A DNA stretch of 64,000 nucleotides from a virus (Duplodnaviria > Caudoviricetes): IMG/VR virus record IMGVR_UViG_3300021400_000130, positions 89,614 through 153,613 of that record; one strand, 5' to 3'. This document shows, piece by piece, positions 59,860-64,000 of this stretch (the stretch's first letter is position 1; every line of letters begins with the position of its first letter). Under the pieces are notes generated by a model, which worked only from the letters and a program-made list of their open reading frames with translations, was not told the DNA's origin and ran no database searches. A program made the translations under genes and the position numbers.

Positions 59860-60598
59860 TATAACACAACACAAAGATTATATTGATTTTTTCTATCCTA
59901 AAAATGAGCAGTTTATTCTCTCTCCTGTTGGAAGTTGGAATTACAATTGTGCAGACGAAAACAGTGATGTAGATTCAAAGGCAGTTATAATTCCGAACAT
60001 GAATGATATTGTTCATAATAATTGTGAATCACATACACATATATTTTCAAATCAAGAACACTGCGAAGTATCTGACATCCGTAATTTCATGAAAAGTATT
60101 CAGAAAGGTAACCCTCAATTTCTTGAGCTACTATTTAGTAGTAGAGCTGAATTCAATACGGAACTTTATGGTGAAGAGATACACGCTTTTATAGATTATC
60201 GAGAAAACATTGCAAGGTGCTCTCCTATGAATACTATGAGAGCGTTTCTTGGAATGGCTGAAAGAAATGACAAACTTTGTAACTCTCGTTATGAGGATCC
60301 TCATGCTAGTAAGTGGTTGTATCAACTTGTTCGTATCAATGAGTGTATGAAAAAGTTTCTTGAAGGAAGAGGTTACGAAGAATGTATTGTAACTAACAAA
60401 CGAGAAAAGTTGCTTGAAATTAAAAACAGTCACTATACACCTGAGCAGATTATGTCTCTTGCAGAGTCAACAATTGCAGACTGTAAAAGATTGTATGATA
60501 CTTACATAAGCACATCTAAAGAGCAAGAAAACAAGAGAATACAACTTCTAGTAGAGGAACTTGTTAAATCTATTCTAGTAAAGAATATAAAAGGATAA
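59849..60598 (+). CDS. Pol-beta-superfamily nucleotidyltransferase (RlaP/YcgL-like)
   Basis: GSWNY...ENSDVDSK, KGNPQFLELLFS. Confidence 0.75.
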   Translation: MTYNITQHKDYIDFFYPKNEQFILSPVGSWNYNCADENSDVDSKAVIIPNMNDIVHNNCESHTHIFSNQEHCEVSDIRNFMKSIQKGNPQFLELLFSSRAEFNTELYGEEIHAFIDYRENIARCSPMNTMRAFLGMAERNDKLCNSRYEDPHASKWLYQLVRINECMKKFLEGRGYEECIVTNKREKLLEIKNSHYTPEQIMSLAESTIADCKRLYDTYISTSKEQENKRIQLLVEELVKSILVKNIKG

Positions 60599-60764
60599 GC
60601 ATATTAGTTTGCATCCTTAGCTCTGGTATCAAATCAAAAGGTTTGATATAAAATAGTATAACAGAGTAGGGACTTAACAACTTATCTGTAATTATGGAAT
60701 ACAAAGGAGGCATAGTAAATATGTACTCCTTTTAATATTGTATTTACATATGGAGTATATAAAG

Positions 60765-60793
60765 TTGATTTTATACTAACTTTATACTATAAT
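60765..60793 (+). promoter_or_regulatory. Sigma-A-like phage promoter
   Basis: AG-TTGATT-N17-TATAAT. Confidence 0.8.
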
Positions 60794-60831
60794 AAGACTA
60801 ACAAAGGTTAAAAACGGTTTAGGAGTATATT

Positions 60832-61098
60832 ATGGGAAATAAAAAGATTATGAAAATTCTCGGAGCAATATATGCGCTTCGATCAAAGTACTATTCAGAA
60901 AAAGGCAATCAGAATATGGCAGTAGCATACAGCGATGCTTTTGACATGCTTGCGTATGCGTGTAATGGAAACTGGGAAAATCTTCGTCAGTTTGGATGGT
61001 CAGATGACGCAGAGGAAATAATTGATAATGCTGGTGAGAATATTAGCTTCTGGGATCTAGAAGAGTATATTAATTCATCAGAAGAGTATCCGCATTAA
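60832..61098 (+). CDS. Hypothetical protein
   Basis: AGGAG SD after promoter. Confidence 0.6.
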   Translation: MGNKKIMKILGAIYALRSKYYSEKGNQNMAVAYSDAFDMLAYACNGNWENLRQFGWSDDAEEIIDNAGENISFWDLEEYINSSEEYPH

Positions 61099-61119
61099 TA
61101 AGAAGTGAAAGAGGTTAAG

Positions 61120-61260
61120 ATGGATAAGCGTGTAAATAAAAAGAATAAGGAAGAATTACAGGCTTATCTGTCTTTCCGTAAACGAGGATTCAAAGTTCCC
61201 GCAAAGAAAGGAAAAGGCTCTTATTCTAGAAAGGAATTCAAAAACGGAGTATCAAAATAA
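61120..61260 (+). CDS. ArfA-like small basic protein (46 aa, not in ORF track)
   Basis: GAGG SD; MDKRVNKKNKEELQAYLSFRKRGFKVPAKKGKGSYSRKEFKNGVSK contains KKGKGSYxRK; stop overlaps next ATG. Confidence 0.6.
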   Translation: MDKRVNKKNKEELQAYLSFRKRGFKVPAKKGKGSYSRKEFKNGVSK

Positions 61261-61568
61261 TGAAACTATGGATAGATGATCTTAGAACCCCTCCCTCCAG
61301 TGATTGGCTTCATGCTGTTAGCGTGGATCAAGCTAAACTGGCTATTCAGATCTATCTTGAGAATGTAGACGGGGATCTTCTGATAGATATAGATCATGAT
61401 GCTGGCCAGTATGTTAAATATGGAGGGGACTATATCAAGTTACTTGACTGGCTCGAAAACTCGGGCATTGTAACAGATAGATTTTATTTTCATATTCATT
61501 CTATGAACCCTGTTGGTGTTCAGAATATGAGATCTATTATTCAACATAATAACTGGAAAGAAATTTAG
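61260..61568 (+). CDS. Cyclic-phosphate-processing receiver-like domain protein
   Basis: LWIDDLR, IDHDAG, HIHSMNPVG. Confidence 0.7.
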   Translation: MKLWIDDLRTPPSSDWLHAVSVDQAKLAIQIYLENVDGDLLIDIDHDAGQYVKYGGDYIKLLDWLENSGIVTDRFYFHIHSMNPVGVQNMRSIIQHNNWKEI

Positions 61569-61595
61569 AGAGGTATTCAATGTACCTCTCTTTTC
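61567..61595 (+). terminator. Rho-independent terminator
   Basis: AGAGAGGTA-TTCAATG-TACCTCTCT-TTTC. Confidence 0.75.
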
Positions 61596-61654
61596 TATAT
61601 ATTATATATGTAATATATAATATATTTTGTTAATTGTTCAATTGTTATTATTTA

Positions 61655-61700
61655 TCTTTACTAAGTTAAGAACAAGATCTTTACTTAGTTAAGAACTTGT
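61655..61700. repeat. 23-bp tandem repeat, iteron-like, copy B
   Basis: TCTTTACT-AAGTTAAGAACAAGATCTTTACT-TAGTTAAGAAC; 29 nt identical to 7171-7199. Confidence 0.8.
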
Positions 61701-61708
61701 ATTATTAG

Positions 61709-61737
61709 TTGATTTTTACTTTTTTATTTATTATAAT
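61709..61737 (+). promoter_or_regulatory. Sigma-A-like phage promoter
   Basis: AG-TTGATT-N17-TATAAT. Confidence 0.8.
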
Positions 61738-61768
61738 GTTATATGAAATCAATGTAGGAGGAGAATAG

Positions 61769-62092
61769 ATGACTGTATACAAAGTAGGTAATATATATTA
61801 CAATCAAGATAGTCTAGCACAGTACATTGACCAGAATCATTCCTTTTCTGATTTTCTGCTATCTAGTCTTTCAAATGATGAGACAGGAAATGTGAGAGGA
61901 CTTGTTAATACTATTTACACTGTTCTGAACAGTGACCAGAAGAATGAGGTTGTTAAATATCTGGAAGCATTAAACTATCTATATGTTGGGTATGTTAACA
62001 ATGTAATTTCAAATATTCCTCACTTTACTGTTCTAGAAGGTGGTAATAAGGATACACCTACTGAGTCTGAGTCAGAGAAAAACAATGACTAA
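61769..62092 (+). CDS. Hypothetical protein
   Basis: AGGAGG SD. Confidence 0.6.
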   Translation: MTVYKVGNIYYNQDSLAQYIDQNHSFSDFLLSSLSNDETGNVRGLVNTIYTVLNSDQKNEVVKYLEALNYLYVGYVNNVISNIPHFTVLEGGNKDTPTESESEKNND

Positions 62093-62663
62093 AGAAGAAT
62101 TAATTAAAAACTATCCTTGGATAGAAATGATAGAAAACAACACAAGAGTCTTGTGGTATGATATGCTTCCAGAAGGTTGGCGTACTGCTTTCGGAGAATT
62201 ATTTTTTAGTGAGCTAAATGACGCGTTACTGAAAACTTTTCCCGAAGGAATACCTGACGATTTTCATATTCTGGATATTAAGGAAAAGTGGGGAAAACTT
62301 AGAGTATCTCTATCCCATGATTCTGAATATATAAATGATGTTCTATTCAAATATGAATATATTAGTTCATTTATATGTATTGATTGTGGCGCACCTTATC
62401 CTTTTGCACAGATGACTTATGGATCATGGGTTATGCCTCTCTGTGAAAGATGTTATGTAGGTAATAATTCTAATGAGTTAAATAAATGGCATACTTCTTA
62501 CTTGCAAACCGTTTTGAGGGATAGTATAAGTGTACGTAATGGCCCGGAGGACAAGATATCAGTTGCAGTGTTTTCAGGAAAAGGAACAACTGAAAGAGAA
62601 ATTGAAATAAAGAGTACCTGGGAAAAGATTTTTAATTCTTATGTAGAGAGAACAATTGTTTAA
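62085..62663 (+). CDS. Conserved phage hypothetical protein
   Basis: MLPEGW, IKEKWGKLR, ICIDCG, LCERC. Confidence 0.6.
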   Translation: MTKEELIKNYPWIEMIENNTRVLWYDMLPEGWRTAFGELFFSELNDALLKTFPEGIPDDFHILDIKEKWGKLRVSLSHDSEYINDVLFKYEYISSFICIDCGAPYPFAQMTYGSWVMPLCERCYVGNNSNELNKWHTSYLQTVLRDSISVRNGPEDKISVAVFSGKGTTEREIEIKSTWEKIFNSYVERTIV

Positions 62664-62682
62664 TTAGAAAGGAAACATTTAG

Positions 62683-63936
62683 ATGCTTAATAAAGATAAT
62701 CAGAGAGAACTTGCATATGTAGTTCTTGTAGATGGAATTGAGGAACTTCCTGGCTATGACCGTGTAGAAAGTGCAGTAATTGGCGGCTGGCGTTGCATTG
62801 TTCCTAAGGGGCAGTTTCATGTGGGCGACCCTGGTATCTATTTTGAGATTGATAGTCGTGTACCTTCTGATAATCCTGCTTTTGCTTTTCTTGAGAAGCG
62901 GAATTATAAGATTAAGACGCAGAAGATGTGCAAGAGCATTTCACAAGGACTTCTAATGCACGCAAGTGATTTCGGGTGGAGTATTGGATGTAATTGGGGC
63001 ACTATGAATGATGAAAATAGTGATAGAAAGCTTGTAGCAATCATTGATGATAAAGGTATTGAACACCATACTGATGATGAATCTCGTTTCCTCACTAAAA
63101 TTCTCGGTGTAACTTATGCTGATGAGGAAGACAATCAGCGTAAGGCTCCTTCGGTAGATAAGTATAAGAAAATGGCACAGCGCCATCCTAACATCTTTAA
63201 GAAGCCTTTTGTTCGTTGGCTCATGAAGCGTTCTTGGGGCCGCCGGCTCATGTTCATGCTCTTTGGTAAAAAGAAAGACAAGAAGGGTGGATGGCCCACT
63301 TGGGTTAATAAAACAGATGAAGAGCGTGTTGAAAACATGCCCTGGGTTCTTCAGGATAAAAATAAAAAGTGGATTGCTACAGAAAAAGTTGATGGAACCA
63401 GTACCACCTTTACTATGAAGAGAGGCAAGCATAATAAGTATGAGTTTTATGTTTGTTCTCGTAATGTATGTTTTGATAGCATTGATAAACCCTGCTATTA
63501 TGATACTAATGTTTACTGGGAAATGGCAGAAAAATATAACATGTTTGATATTCTTAAGCGCTTCCTTGATGGGTATCCAGAAGTTGAATGGGTAACTATT
63601 CAGGGTGAGACTTATGGCGAAGGCGTCCAGAAGAATACCTATGATATCAGTGGACACGATTTCAAGGCGTTTAATCTTATTGATTCAGTTCGTGGACGCT
63701 GGAATAGCAGTCAGATGAAAGGGCTTCTTGAATATGAATGGGGAATTCCTTGCGTACCTATTCTTGACGGGAATTTCACTCTCCCTGATACTGTTGAAGA
63801 ACTTCGTGACTATGTAAATAGTATGCCGTCTGTTATCAATAATAAGATGAAGGAAGGCATTGTTTTCCGGGCTCTTGATGGAGTGCAATCTTCTAAATGT
63901 GTTAGTCCTGAATACCTATTAAAGTATCATAGTTAA
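62683..63936 (+). CDS. RNA ligase (Rnl2/DRB0094 family with N-terminal OB-like domain)
   Basis: YFEIDS, SQGLL, KTDEERV, TEKVDGTS (motif I), IQGETYG, FKAFN, VPIL, KEGIVF, K.VSPEYL. Confidence 0.88.
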   Translation: MLNKDNQRELAYVVLVDGIEELPGYDRVESAVIGGWRCIVPKGQFHVGDPGIYFEIDSRVPSDNPAFAFLEKRNYKIKTQKMCKSISQGLLMHASDFGWSIGCNWGTMNDENSDRKLVAIIDDKGIEHHTDDESRFLTKILGVTYADEEDNQRKAPSVDKYKKMAQRHPNIFKKPFVRWLMKRSWGRRLMFMLFGKKKDKKGGWPTWVNKTDEERVENMPWVLQDKNKKWIATEKVDGTSTTFTMKRGKHNKYEFYVCSRNVCFDSIDKPCYYDTNVYWEMAEKYNMFDILKRFLDGYPEVEWVTIQGETYGEGVQKNTYDISGHDFKAFNLIDSVRGRWNSSQMKGLLEYEWGIPCVPILDGNFTLPDTVEELRDYVNSMPSVINNKMKEGIVFRALDGVQSSKCVSPEYLLKYHS

Positions 63937-64000
63937 TTGTATAATATATTACAAAGAAGAAATGAGAATATAATATGACAATTTTAATTGACATGGATGA

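Noticed and set aside
1-64000. Genome-wide TAG reassignment (code 15) as the explanation for the polA stop
   Set aside because: Long genes are uninterrupted in code 11 and several end at TAG right before the next gene or promoter (9738, 14501, 28382); only one internal TAG was found.

Overview
A 64 kb segment of a large lytic, contractile-tailed (myovirus-like) phage. The host is probably a Bacillota/Clostridia bacterium, judged from GGAGG Shine-Dalgarno sites, sigma-A-type promoters and RecU. Every credible gene is on the + strand. Order: end of the baseplate/tail operon (1-7.1 kb); SNF2 helicase, small ORFs and Pnk-HD; replication block (loader, DnaB, primase, SSB, split family-A polymerase); a 7-deazaguanine-type cluster (YhhQ/VUT transporter, SGNH hydrolase, TGT/DpdA-like, SDR); beta clamp, RecU, RecA, DnaX/HolB/HolA, SbcCD; peptide deformylase and a radical-SAM/SPASM + CXXX-repeat substrate system; a promoter-dense early region; a modular paralog array; and an RNA-repair/ribosome-rescue block. 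Most notable: (1) catalytic motif A of the DNA polymerase is interrupted by TCT-TAG-TCT inside a predicted RNA structure, a candidate programmed stop-hop or micro-intron, in a gene also split at an intein-like remnant; (2) a phage radical-SAM system acting on a 30-Cys repeat protein next to a fibre-like gene; (3) a deazaguanine salvage/modification cluster with a candidate preQ1-like riboswitch; (4) unannotated structured elements: a twice-occurring covarying leader RNA, a mini-tRNA-like fold, duplicated iteron-like repeats, plus an unlisted ArfA-like peptide. All family calls come from motif recognition by eye; no searches were run.
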